Positions 9,426-18,843 are shown, counted from the first letter of the stretch. The stretch is 32,000 nucleotides of DNA from Planctopirus limnophila DSM 3776 (GCF_000092105.1 NC_014148.1:3180001-3212000); one strand, 5' to 3'. Translations and numbers: made by a program. Notes: generated from the letters alone by a model not told the origin.

Positions 9426-9633
9426 AGCGCAGCTCTCACTCGTCATCAGCCCTCTCCAACGAGTCTCATAGTCTTATGTCTAACATATTAATTTGGTAGA
9501 CGATCTATCTCGACTCATTCCATCGTGCGACATAAATCCATCCCAGTAGGCTATAGCAATTTGTTTGCACGACCGTCATGATGCAGCCATGTGAAAAGTC
9601 TCCACAACCGTTCACCACCAAAAATCTTTCACT

Positions 9634-12324
9634 ATGGCTGTCTCGACGGAACAGTTTGCCAAACAGCTGATCGATAGCGGAGTCATTTCGGAACCCGATT
9701 TACGAGCCTTCATCGATAGACTCCCTTCCGCAGAACAGCCTGGGAATGGCGAGCAACTTGCGAAATCCCTCGTAAAACAAAAGAAAATTAGCGCCTACCA
9801 GGCCCAGGTTGTCTATTCAGGCAAGGGTAAGTCGCTGACCATGGGGAGCTACACCGTTCTGGATAAACTCGGCCAGGGCGGCATGGGAATGGTGCTCAAG
9901 GCCGAGCACCGGATGATGATGCGACTGGTCGCCATCAAGGTGCTATCCCCTTCCGTCACGAAGACCAAAGAACTGGCACAGCGGTTTCAGCGCGAAGTCC
10001 AGGCAGCGGCACGACTGACACATCCCAATATTGTCGGCGCGTTTGATGCCGGAGAAACCAACGGTTCGCCATTCCTCGTCATGGAGTACGTACCGGGCGA
10101 CGACCTTGCGACAATCGTGAAGAAAAAGGGCCCGTTTTCCATCGATCAGGCCATCGACTGCATCGTACAGGCAGCCAGAGGCCTGGAGTTTGCACACGCA
10201 CAGGGAGTGATCCATCGCGATATCAAACCCGCAAACCTGCTGCTCGATACCAAAGGCGTCGTCAAAATCCTCGATATGGGCCTGGCACGCATTGAGTCAG
10301 AGGATGTCGCGACTCAGGCCGATTTGACAGGCACCGGGACTGTGATGGGGACTGTCGACTACATGGCGCCAGAGCAGGCACTGAGTACCAAACACGCCGA
10401 CGCCCGCAGCGATCTGTATAGCCTCGGAATCTCGTTATGGTATTTACTGACTGGCAAAGCGGCCTACGAGGGTGACTCATTAATGGCCCGGCTGCTCGCT
10501 CATCGCGACCAACCCATTCCCAGCCTAAGGACGGTTCGACCAGAGGTCTCCGAATCCCTCGATCATGTCTTTGCGAAACTCGTGGCCAAGAAACCAGACG
10601 ACCGTTACCAGACGGCAACAGAGTTAATTGTCGATCTGCAGGCCTGCCGGACAGGGGCTACTCTCAAAGCCGTCACCGTCGCCGAAGCCGGGACAGATCT
10701 CGACGAGTTTCAGGATTTCCTGCACCAGATCGACTCTCCCACCGATGGCCCGCGTGGCAAGCGTTCTCATCCCGCGGGTGCGGGCACGCGAACTGTCGCG
10801 CGGTCGCAAGCGACTCTTACATCGATGGATGAGACAATCTCTCAGAGAAGAGAGCACGAGACTCAACGTTTTCGTGGTCCAAAGGTTCAAAAGGCGAAAT
10901 CCACCTCCTGGATTCAAGACCGGCGCGTTCAAATCGGCAGTGGAACAGTAGCGATGATCATGTTGTTAATGGCTGTTGTCTTTTTCTTCCAGACACCCAC
11001 CGGCACGCTGCGAGTGGAAATTCTGGACCCTACAGTCGAGATGCATGTCAAAGGGACTCAACTTTCATTTCATAGCCCGGACCTTGATCCCGTCTCACTG
11101 AAGACTGGTGAGAAGAAACTGGTGGTCACTCGTGGCGATTTGACTTTCGAGACAGAGTCTTTCGCGATCAATAAAGGCAAAGAGTTCCGCGTTAAGGCCG
11201 AGTTAGTAGGCGACCATCTTGTCATCAACGGCGGAGAAAAAGTCATTGCCCGGCAAGCCGTCAAACAGCATGGGCTGACCACTTCCTCCACAGGTAACGC
11301 ACCGGCCAATACGCCAGCCAATATGCCGGTCGATACACCGGTTGCCTCAACACCACCAGCCTCCATGGCGGTCGAAACTCCGGTAGCGTCCATCGCACCA
11401 GGTTCAGAGACATCCGGGCCACCATTGGCAATTGCACCGTTCGATTCTTCCCAAGCCAGAAAACACCAGGAAGACTGGGCCGCCTATCTGGGCATACCGG
11501 TTGAATTTACCAACTCAGTTGGCATGAAGTTTCGGTTGATCCCGCCAGGCGAGTTCACCATGGGTTGCACTGAGGAAGATATTGATTTGATCAAACTCGA
11601 CTTCGACCGAGGTATTGCTGCCATCCAGCGTCAAATGCTTGCTACGTCAACACCTCCACATCGTGTGAAAATCACCCGCCCGTTCTACCTGCAGACGCAC
11701 GAAGTCAACAACGGGATCTACCAGAAGTTCATGGGGACTCTTCCAGAGAAAAATGATCCCCAGAAGCCAGAAACTGCAGTCATGGCCAATGTGAGTCTCC
11801 TTGATGCCACGCGCTTCTGCAATTCGCTGAGTGAACTCGAAGGGAAGAGTCCGGCATTCCAGATGGAAGAGGACTTTACACAACGGATCATGGACGCAGA
11901 TGGCTATCGACTTCCCACCGAAGCCGAATGGGAATATGCCTGTCGGGCCGGCACCACCGGATTGTGGAACTTTGGTGATGACCGCCAGATTGCCTCAAAT
12001 CCGGAAGTCATCCGTGCATACGAAACTTACAGCCGTGGCGAAGCGGCAATCCCTAATCCTTTTGGCATCCTCGACCTTTATGGGGGCAGCACAGAATGGT
12101 GCTTTGATCGTTTTATGCCCTATCCGACCAATGATGTCGTCGACCCGTTTACCCAGCCGGGAAAGTACGAGGGTGTCGCGCGAGGTGGCAGTGAGTTTGC
12201 CGGTGGTGGTGCCGATCCGATCTACAACAACAGTGTGACTCGCCAAAAAGAAGCATTTCATACTTCGCCATTTACCGGATTTGGTCGAGTCGTGCTGCCG
12301 ATTGTCGTAAAGCCCAAAACATAA
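9634..12324 (+). CDS. Membrane-spanning Ser/Thr protein kinase fused to an FGE/SUMF1-like (formylglycine-generating-enzyme fold) C-terminal domain
   Basis: Kinase motifs GQGGMGMV, VAIKVL, HRDIKPANLLL, DMG (in place of DFG) and MAPEQ. One TM helix (VAMIMLLMAVVFFF), a Pro/Thr-rich linker, then SVGMKFRLIPPGEFTMG...GYRLPTEAEWEYACRAGT...RGGS, typical of the FGE-sulfatase fold. Confidence 0.9.
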   Translation: MAVSTEQFAKQLIDSGVISEPDLRAFIDRLPSAEQPGNGEQLAKSLVKQKKISAYQAQVVYSGKGKSLTMGSYTVLDKLGQGGMGMVLKAEHRMMMRLVAIKVLSPSVTKTKELAQRFQREVQAAARLTHPNIVGAFDAGETNGSPFLVMEYVPGDDLATIVKKKGPFSIDQAIDCIVQAARGLEFAHAQGVIHRDIKPANLLLDTKGVVKILDMGLARIESEDVATQADLTGTGTVMGTVDYMAPEQALSTKHADARSDLYSLGISLWYLLTGKAAYEGDSLMARLLAHRDQPIPSLRTVRPEVSESLDHVFAKLVAKKPDDRYQTATELIVDLQACRTGATLKAVTVAEAGTDLDEFQDFLHQIDSPTDGPRGKRSHPAGAGTRTVARSQATLTSMDETISQRREHETQRFRGPKVQKAKSTSWIQDRRVQIGSGTVAMIMLLMAVVFFFQTPTGTLRVEILDPTVEMHVKGTQLSFHSPDLDPVSLKTGEKKLVVTRGDLTFETESFAINKGKEFRVKAELVGDHLVINGGEKVIARQAVKQHGLTTSSTGNAPANTPANMPVDTPVASTPPASMAVETPVASIAPGSETSGPPLAIAPFDSSQARKHQEDWAAYLGIPVEFTNSVGMKFRLIPPGEFTMGCTEEDIDLIKLDFDRGIAAIQRQMLATSTPPHRVKITRPFYLQTHEVNNGIYQKFMGTLPEKNDPQKPETAVMANVSLLDATRFCNSLSELEGKSPAFQMEEDFTQRIMDADGYRLPTEAEWEYACRAGTTGLWNFGDDRQIASNPEVIRAYETYSRGEAAIPNPFGILDLYGGSTEWCFDRFMPYPTNDVVDPFTQPGKYEGVARGGSEFAGGGADPIYNNSVTRQKEAFHTSPFTGFGRVVLPIVVKPKT

Positions 12325-12414
12325 CCAGGACAGCGGCTCTCGTATTCGCTCTTTCCCTGATCATCCGCCCGACTCCCCTGCTCATACGCTTTCCCTGAGA
12401 TAAGAACCCTCTGT

Positions 12415-12506
12415 GTGCCATGCTTGCAGCTCTGGGCAAGCATGTTTTCACAACCCACAAACCGCTATTGTTTTCTCGAAAACATTTCCGTTCATCATGA
12501 CGGACG
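12415..12506 (+). repeat. Hairpin plus T-run repeat family (copy A, full length)
   Basis: Stem CATGCTTGC (12419-12427) / GCAAGCATG (12436-12444), then TTTT and a conserved tail CACAACCCACAAACCGCTATTGTTTTCTCGAAAACATTTCCGTTCATCATGACGGACG. It sits 90 nt after the kinase stop codon. Confidence 0.7.
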
Positions 12507-12514
12507 TCGGGTGG

Positions 12515-12544
12515 CAGGGGTCGAATGTCTTCATTCGCCCCCTG
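12515..12544 (+). other. Stable hairpin (13-bp stem with 1 mismatch, 4-nt loop): CAGGGGTCGAATG-TCTT-CATTCGCCCCCTG
   Basis: Read directly from the sequence, in a non-coding region. Confidence 0.5.
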
Positions 12545-12634
12545 GTCAATCGGCTTCACCAACGCAAATGCGTCCGGAACAAGCCTTCATAACTTTCGAG
12601 CACTTTCGTGCTGAATTCATAAGAGTCTAATGAC

Positions 12635-12664
12635 CTGGGGGCAAACGAAGACGTTTGACCCCAG
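12635..12664 (+). other. Stable hairpin (13-bp stem with 1 mismatch, 4-nt loop): CTGGGGGCAAACG-AAGA-CGTTTGACCCCAG
   Basis: Read directly from the sequence, in a non-coding region. Confidence 0.5.
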
Positions 12665-12730
12665 CCACGCAGTCTCCTGCCAGACTGCACATCAATAGAC
12701 AAACAAAGTTGTGTGTATTGGACAGCAGAT

Positions 12731-12805
12731 CTGGGCAAGCATGTTTTCACAACCCACAAACCGCTATTGCTTTCTCGAAAACATATCCGTTCATCATGAC
12801 GGACG
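12731..12805 (+). repeat. Hairpin plus T-run repeat family (copy B, 5'-truncated; lacks the left stem arm)
   Basis: 73 of 75 nt are identical to 12432-12506. Confidence 0.7.
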
Positions 12806-12940
12806 ACCGGGAGTTCACGAAGCGCAGCGTTCAAGGCTTCGAGATCTTCCCTAGGCGCGATCCATGGATCATCTCAGACTGAAGTCATCTCGCGGCACCA
12901 CAAACGCCACTGAAGATCATGAAACTCAAACGCAATTGGT

Positions 12941-12975
12941 GTGCCATGCTTGCGGCTTCGAGCCGACATGCTTTT
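12941..12975 (+). repeat. Hairpin plus T-run repeat family (copy D, head fragment)
   Basis: GTGCCATGCTTGCGGCTTCGAGCCGACATGCTTTTC has the same head as copies A and C, with a degenerate stem and a T-run. Confidence 0.45.
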
Positions 12976-13039
12976 CATATCTCCGAGTGCAACGTTGATG
13001 ATTTCGGAAAAGTGACTCGCTCAAGTCGAAAGGCCTCTC

Positions 13040-13663
13040 TTGATCACTCGCATTACTGGAAAACTTGTTCGGCTGAGCGAAGACATCGTCCGCCTGGAAA
13101 TTGGTGCATTCGAATACGAAGTTCTTGTTCCGGAATTCGTCCGTCGTCAGCTCCAGCCTAAACTGGGCGAAGTCGTCAGTCTCTGCACGATCGACTATCT
13201 CGATGGCAATCCGCAGCAGGGCCGCCTGGTGCCGCGCTTGGCCGGCTTTCTCAGCGAAACCGAGCTCGAATTCTTCGAAATGATCTGCTCCGTCGATGGC
13301 ATGGGTGTCAAAAAGACCTTGCGCGCGATGGTTCGACCTGTCCGTGAAATCGCCGAAGCCATCGAAGAGCAGAGCATCAAGGAACTGACACTCCTCCCTG
13401 GCGTCGGCCCCGCCATGGCCGAACGGATTGTGGCCAAGCTCCGCCGCAAAATGACCAAGTTCGCCCTGATGGTCGCTCGCGAAGTTCCCCGTGAAGCCGA
13501 TGTCGACCGCAACGTCCTCACAGAAGCTTATGAAGCCCTGATGGCGTTAGGCCACTCCTCGATCGAGGCCCGCGACAAAATCGACCAGGTCGCCAGCCAG
13601 AAGAAAAAATTCAAAGACGTCCAGGACGTCCTCACAGAAATCTACCTCCAAAGCCGCCCCTGA
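13040..13663 (+). CDS. ruvA: Holliday junction branch migration complex subunit RuvA
   Basis: TTG start. [10 protein letters not shown]...[15 protein letters not shown]-fold N-terminus, a helix-hairpin-helix region [16 protein letters not shown], and C-terminal domain III (ALMALGHS). Confidence 0.93.
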   Translation: MITRITGKLVRLSEDIVRLEIGAFEYEVLVPEFVRRQLQPKLGEVVSLCTIDYLDGNPQQGRLVPRLAGFLSETELEFFEMICSVDGMGVKKTLRAMVRPVREIAEAIEEQSIKELTLLPGVGPAMAERIVAKLRRKMTKFALMVAREVPREADVDRNVLTEAYEALMALGHSSIEARDKIDQVASQKKKFKDVQDVLTEIYLQSRP

Positions 13664-13711
13664 GGTTGTAGTTGAAGAACAATTCCACCTCCCACCTCGC
13701 AACGCCCGAAC

Positions 13712-14188
13712 TCATACCTTCCGCACCAGCACAATCACATCGGCATCGATGCACTCGCCGCGTCCCACAGGGCCGACTTTTTCACCGGTTTTGGCCTTCA
13801 CGCTCACCTGGTCAGTCTCAACGCCCAGGAGTTCCGCCATACGGGCCGCAATCGCTGATTTATATGCCGAGAGTTTGGGTCGCTCGGCGTGGATGGTCGC
13901 ATCGACATTGCACACTTCCCACCCGCGCTCGCGCACAGCCGCCATGGCTGCCACCACAAACCGGTCTGAAGAGGCCCCCTTCCACTGCTCGTCCGTATTG
14001 GGGAACCAATCGCCGATATCTCCCAGTGCCAAAGACCCGAGCAATGCGTCCGTCAGGGCATGCAGCACCACATCCGCATCGCTGTGACCATCCAGCCCCA
14101 GTTCAAACGGGATCGACACACCACCCAGCCACAAGGGCTTCCCCGCGACCAGACGATGCCGGTCATGCCCCATGCCAATCCGTTGCAT
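13712..14188 (-). CDS. ispF: 2-C-methyl-D-erythritol 2,4-cyclodiphosphate synthase
   Basis: MQRIGMGHDRHRL...GHSDADVVLHALTDALLGSLALGDIGDWFP. The ORF track extends to 14230; ATG 14188 matches the canonical MRIGxGxDxH start. Confidence 0.95.
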   Translation of the reverse strand: MQRIGMGHDRHRLVAGKPLWLGGVSIPFELGLDGHSDADVVLHALTDALLGSLALGDIGDWFPNTDEQWKGASSDRFVVAAMAAVRERGWEVCNVDATIHAERPKLSAYKSAIAARMAELLGVETDQVSVKAKTGEKVGPVGRGECIDADVIVLVRKV

Positions 14189-14326
14189 ACCGACATCCCT
14201 CTCCAGCGACAAATCGCAAACCATTACCATAAAACATGTTGCGCATCAACAACAGCACCTCTTCGCGCACTTTGTCCTCTCGACTATAGTACGCCAAATC
14301 GTGAAGGTTTCCCACTCCTGGCATGG

Positions 14327-14755
14327 ATGCTGTTTGTGGTCTCCCGCCTCGGCCATACCCGTTGTCTCTGGATCTTGCTGGCTGGCTTATGCCTCCTGCA
14401 GACGGGGTGCGTCAGCCGCCGGCTGATGGTGCAGTCCAATCCTCCAGGGGCTCTCGTCCTCCTCGAAGGCGAAGAAGTCGGCTACACCCCGGTGGCTGTC
14501 GACTTCACCTACTATGGCACGCGCGAAATCACGCTGATTAAGGATGGTTACGAGACTCTCAAAGTCATGCAGCCCGTTCCCGCACCGTGGTACCAGTGGC
14601 CCGGCATCGATTTCTTTTCCGATAACCTGCTCCCCCACCGTGTGACAGATCGCCGCAGGCTGAGCTACAGCATGCAGCCCAAACAGATCCCGCCCAGCGA
14701 AGATCTACTGCAGAGGGCTGACCAGCTCCGTAACGAATCTCGCCTGGGTCCCTGA
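14327..14755 (+). CDS. PEGA-domain lipoprotein
   Basis: Internal ATG of ORF 14060..14755. Signal peptide with lipobox LLQTGC, then VQSNPPGALVLLEGEEVGYTPV (PEGA motif). The upstream part of the ORF overlaps ispF on the other strand and is rejected. Confidence 0.7.
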   Translation: MLFVVSRLGHTRCLWILLAGLCLLQTGCVSRRLMVQSNPPGALVLLEGEEVGYTPVAVDFTYYGTREITLIKDGYETLKVMQPVPAPWYQWPGIDFFSDNLLPHRVTDRRRLSYSMQPKQIPPSEDLLQRADQLRNESRLGP

Positions 14756-14943
14756 AGCCCACACCTGGCAACAGCCCCGCTGGCTGCGATGACTAAGGCA
14801 GCAGACTGTTTCGATCTCTCCCTGATCCATGGGAACCAATAAGGGATCACCGGCTGCCGCTCGCACTTTCCCACCCTGTCCCTTACCTTAGATGATCACA
14901 GAGTGCTCCACTCTGGGCTTCATTACGCGTAAAGGGAACTTTC

Positions 14944-17370
14944 ATGGCCGACTGGCAACCACAAATCTTGAGTGTCGTCACGCACCCAGCGTACACACCA
15001 CTCAAATGGCAGCAGTTGGCCAAAGAAGTCGGCGCCCAGAAACACGACTGGACGAAGTTCCGCCGCTCGCTCGAAGAACTCATCGAAGGCAAGCGGCTGC
15101 ATCGCACTTCCGGCGGGCTGATCAAAGTCCCTGTCGCACGCGAGCACATCATCGGCACCATCAAACGCGCAGCGCGCGGCCACGCCTGGTTCACTCCCGA
15201 ATCACTCGCCAATCAACCGCATATCGAACCTTATACAGTTGCTGCCGAAGATGCCGGCTCGGCGCTCACAGGCGATAAAGTCTCAGCCATCATCCTCAAA
15301 AAGCGGGGCCCCAATGGAAAGATCGCCGTCCGCGTGATCGATATCCTCGAACGTGCCACCACTCAGTTCGTGGGCGAATACCACGAATCCCGCGGCAAAG
15401 GATATGTCACTGTCGATAACAGCCGCTTTGAACGGCCAATCGATGTCGGCGACCCCGGTGCGAAAGGTGTCCGCCCTGGTGATCAGGTCGTTATCGAAAT
15501 GGTGCACTTCCCCGAGTTTTCAACTCCGGGAGAAGCGGTGCTGCTCAAAGTCCTGGGGAAACGGGGTGAACCGGGCGTCGATTTACAATCGATCATCTAT
15601 GAGTTCGGCCTGCCTGATGAATTTCCCGAAAGTGTGCTCGAAGAATCGCGACTGCAGGCACAGCTTTTCTCCGAAGACGATATCGGTGACCGCCTTGATC
15701 TTCGCGACGAACTGATCATTACCATCGATCCCCTCACAGCCCGGGATTTTGACGACGCCATTTCTCTCAAGCGGCACGAAGATGGTTCGTGGACTCTCGG
15801 CGTCCACATTGCCGATGTGGCTCACTTTGTGCGGCCCGGCACAGAACTCGACAAAGAGGCCATTCGACGAGGCAACAGCGTTTACCTTCCCGGCAAAGTG
15901 CTTCCCATGCTCCCCGAAGTGCTCTCCAATGCACTCGCGAGCCTTCAGCAGGATAAAGTCCGCTTTGTCAAAAGTGCTTTCATCGAATACTCCCCTGATG
16001 GCATGGTGAAGCACACCAGCTTTGCCAATGCCGCCATTAAGGTCCGCAGACGCTTCGCTTACGAACAGGTCATGCCACTTTTGTTAAACCGGCAATCTCC
16101 GGGCGAACATCCGGCTCCCGAAGGTGAAACAGTTCCCGAAGAAATCTGCCAGCTTCTCGAACGCATGTACGAACTGGCCATGATTCTTCGCAAACGCCGC
16201 TTTTCTCGCGGTGCCCTCGAACTCTCGCTCGGCGAAGTCGAACTCGATTGCAATGACGATGGCAATGTCACCGGGGCACACCGAGCTCTGCACGACGCCA
16301 GCCACCAGATTATTGAAGAGTTTATGCTGGCGGCCAACGTCGCTGTGGCCGAAGAATTTGATCGCCGCGGCTGGTTTTTCCTTCGCCGGGTTCACGACAG
16401 CCCCGATGAACTCCGCATGCAGAACTTTGCCAAATTCGTCGCCACTCTCGGTTACGATTTACCGCGCGCACAGGATCGTCAGGCGATTCAGGCACTGCTT
16501 AATGAAGTCGCCGGCCAGCCTGAGGCTTTCCCGCTGAATTACGCACTTTTGCGGAGTCTGAAGCAGGCCGAATACTCTCCCGAAAAGATTGGCCATTACG
16601 CCCTGGCAGTCGACAATTACGCCCACTTTACCAGTCCCATCCGCCGCTATCCCGATCTCACCATTCACCGCCTGCTGGAACATGTGATCGCCGATGCATC
16701 CTTCACGCACAGTGTTCCAGCCGCCGAGTCATTAAACACAGCGAGTGATCGCAAAAAGTCGAAATCTTCACGAGCCGATCTTCTCTCGGAAGCCGACTTG
16801 AGACAGTTGGGCAAGCAATGCTCACTCACCGAACGTCGAGCCGAGAAAGCCGAGCGGGAACTGATAAAAATCCGCCTCATTCGTTATCTGGCGGACAAGG
16901 TGGGCCTCGAACTCAACGCGACAATTACCGGCGTGGAACGCTTTGGCCTCTTCTGCCAGGGAATTGAACTTCCCGCAGAAGGCCTTGTGCATCTTTCCGA
17001 CCTGCCTGGTGATTACTACGACGTCGATCAGATTGCCCATGCCGTCATTGGTCGGCGATCTGGCCGGGTATTCCGCCTGGGTGATCCTGTGCGTGTTCAG
17101 GTATCCAGTGTTGATCCTGCGAAGCGAGAACTCAACTTTCGCATTGTCGGGCGATCCGGCCAGGATGATACTCTTTCAGAAGGTGAATTCTCTCGGGAAA
17201 CTCCCGGGGATGATCGATCTCGCTCCGCTTCCGATAAATCATCCAGCAGTCCCAGACGACGATCCCAACCACGTTTTCCGGGAGACCGCTCAAACGCTTC
17301 TGCCAAGGGTGGGTTCCGCCAGAAAAAACAGAGCTCCAGCCCCAAAAAAACTCGCAAGAAGCCTCGCTGA
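14944..17370 (+). CDS. rnr: Ribonuclease R
   Basis: 808 aa. RNB catalytic motif ITIDPLTARDFDDAISL, a cold-shock-like N-terminus, a C-terminal S1 domain (ITGVERFGLFCQG) and a Lys/Ser/Arg-rich tail. AAGGGA lies 8 nt before the ATG. Confidence 0.95.
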   Translation: MADWQPQILSVVTHPAYTPLKWQQLAKEVGAQKHDWTKFRRSLEELIEGKRLHRTSGGLIKVPVAREHIIGTIKRAARGHAWFTPESLANQPHIEPYTVAAEDAGSALTGDKVSAIILKKRGPNGKIAVRVIDILERATTQFVGEYHESRGKGYVTVDNSRFERPIDVGDPGAKGVRPGDQVVIEMVHFPEFSTPGEAVLLKVLGKRGEPGVDLQSIIYEFGLPDEFPESVLEESRLQAQLFSEDDIGDRLDLRDELIITIDPLTARDFDDAISLKRHEDGSWTLGVHIADVAHFVRPGTELDKEAIRRGNSVYLPGKVLPMLPEVLSNALASLQQDKVRFVKSAFIEYSPDGMVKHTSFANAAIKVRRRFAYEQVMPLLLNRQSPGEHPAPEGETVPEEICQLLERMYELAMILRKRRFSRGALELSLGEVELDCNDDGNVTGAHRALHDASHQIIEEFMLAANVAVAEEFDRRGWFFLRRVHDSPDELRMQNFAKFVATLGYDLPRAQDRQAIQALLNEVAGQPEAFPLNYALLRSLKQAEYSPEKIGHYALAVDNYAHFTSPIRRYPDLTIHRLLEHVIADASFTHSVPAAESLNTASDRKKSKSSRADLLSEADLRQLGKQCSLTERRAEKAERELIKIRLIRYLADKVGLELNATITGVERFGLFCQGIELPAEGLVHLSDLPGDYYDVDQIAHAVIGRRSGRVFRLGDPVRVQVSSVDPAKRELNFRIVGRSGQDDTLSEGEFSRETPGDDRSRSASDKSSSSPRRRSQPRFPGDRSNASAKGGFRQKKQSSSPKKTRKKPR

Positions 17371-17922
17371 CCGGATCTCTTTTCCGCAACGAGTTCTGTT
17401 TTAATCGTCAGACAACACGGTTGTGTCCCCCACAGGATGACAGACCCATGGAACGTGGCTATGATTCGTTAGAGAGCAAAGACTGGGAATTCGGATATCG
17501 AATGTTGGCTATCAGGGCCGATCCTCAGATCCAGAACATTGTAAAAAATGATCAATTGGCTTGGCATCACGTTCAATACTGACCGCCACTCTCACGCGAT
17601 AATTCTCCTCATTCGGCAGAATCTGGAGCTTTTTCTGACTCAGTCAGCCACGCTCCAACCGATTTCTCCTGACAACGGGTCAGAGAAAGATCTTGCTCAG
17701 GGAATTTTGCGTTCGGCTAGGTTAGAGTGGAGTGGGTTCGACTGGCCCCTGTTCACATGGCTTCAATTATCTTTTGATTCAATCAGCCTCAGGAAAACAT
17801 ATGGTCTTCTGAGCAACAAATTGGTTTCCAACAGCTCGACCAGGCTTGATGGTTACCAATAAACCTCAAAGACATTCACAGAATCGTTCCAACGCAGATA
17901 TCAGACGAAGGACTCAAGCGAA

Positions 17923-18714
17923 ATGGATCCGGCACCATCGCCAGCCTCCAGCAATCTGGCTCGTCAGATCAATCTCAAGTGGTTGCATCGATTAATCACC
18001 TCTTCGATCGGCCGCAAATTCATCATGGGAATCACTGGGCTTTTGCTCTGTGGCTTCCTGGTCGGCCACCTCGCTGGAAACTTTCTACTCTTCAAGGGTG
18101 AGAAAGACTTCAACGAGTATGCGGAGTGGATTCACCATCAGAAGCTTCTCCCGCTCATTGAACTGGGCCTGCTGCTATTGTTTCTGGCTCACATTTACCT
18201 CGCATTCGTCACCACCTTTGAAAACCGCAAAGCCCGTCAACAAAGGTATGTCGTCAAAGAATCGAAACAATACGACCTGACCTTGCCGATCCCTGCCCAT
18301 AATTGGATGTTCATTTCGGGCTCGATCATTCTTGGCTTTCTCCTGCTGCATCTTGTCGATCTTCGCATCGGCATCCGTCCAGATTTTGTCTACACCGATT
18401 CAGCGTACGCCAACACCATGCAGGCCATCTCCAACCCCATTGGCCGCATTGCCTACATCGTGGGTCCAATCATCCTTGGCTTTCACCTGGCACACGGTTT
18501 TGCCAGTGCTTTCCAGTCGCTCGGGCTCACTCATCCCAAATACTCAGGGCTGATTTATAAGTTGTCGATTGTCTTCGGGATCGCAATTGGTGCTGGATTT
18601 GCCAGCCTCCCCATTCTGGTTCCCGGCATGGCAAATCGCTCAGCCAAACCAGCCAGTACGACGAGTACTGCACCCGCACCAGCAGTAGCAGTCGATCTCC
18701 CTGCTCATGACTAA
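17923..18714 (+). CDS. sdhC: Succinate dehydrogenase / fumarate reductase cytochrome b subunit (b558-type, single large membrane anchor)
   Basis: SSIGRKFIMGITGLLLCGFLVGHLAGN motif, about 5 TM helices with conserved His residues, directly upstream of sdhA and sdhB. Confidence 0.85.
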   Translation: MDPAPSPASSNLARQINLKWLHRLITSSIGRKFIMGITGLLLCGFLVGHLAGNFLLFKGEKDFNEYAEWIHHQKLLPLIELGLLLLFLAHIYLAFVTTFENRKARQQRYVVKESKQYDLTLPIPAHNWMFISGSIILGFLLLHLVDLRIGIRPDFVYTDSAYANTMQAISNPIGRIAYIVGPIILGFHLAHGFASAFQSLGLTHPKYSGLIYKLSIVFGIAIGAGFASLPILVPGMANRSAKPASTTSTAPAPAVAVDLPAHD

Positions 18715-18843
18715 AATCAGCTAGGTTGAGTCTTCGATCTCGTTCGTCTGCTCAACCTGGTACCAACCGCAATCGATAAATACAGTCGCAGCATCCAGGA
18801 ATTGTTCACCAACATTTCTATATCGTTTTGAAGAGGCCATTTG

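Noticed and set aside
12258-12834. Minus-strand ORFs 12258..12458, 12272..12562 and 12556..12834 (and 1685..1969) share the peptides VRHDER.CFRE.NSGLWVVKTCLPR and GCENMLAQ, suggesting a small repeated protein family.
   Set aside because: The similarity is confined to the roughly 75-nt DNA repeat, and the flanking parts of the ORFs are unrelated. The two nucleotide differences between copies are both non-synonymous. The shared segment forms a hairpin plus T-run on the plus strand.
14060-14326. Upstream 89 codons of ORF 14060..14755.
   Set aside because: This part overlaps ispF on the opposite strand and has a Pro/His/Thr/Gln-rich low-complexity translation. A signal peptide with a lipobox begins at ATG 14327.
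17548-17862. 104-aa ORF in the sdh leader.
   Set aside because: It has no recognisable motif, no obvious RBS and an atypical composition compared with neighbouring genes. It is retained only as a note in the findings.
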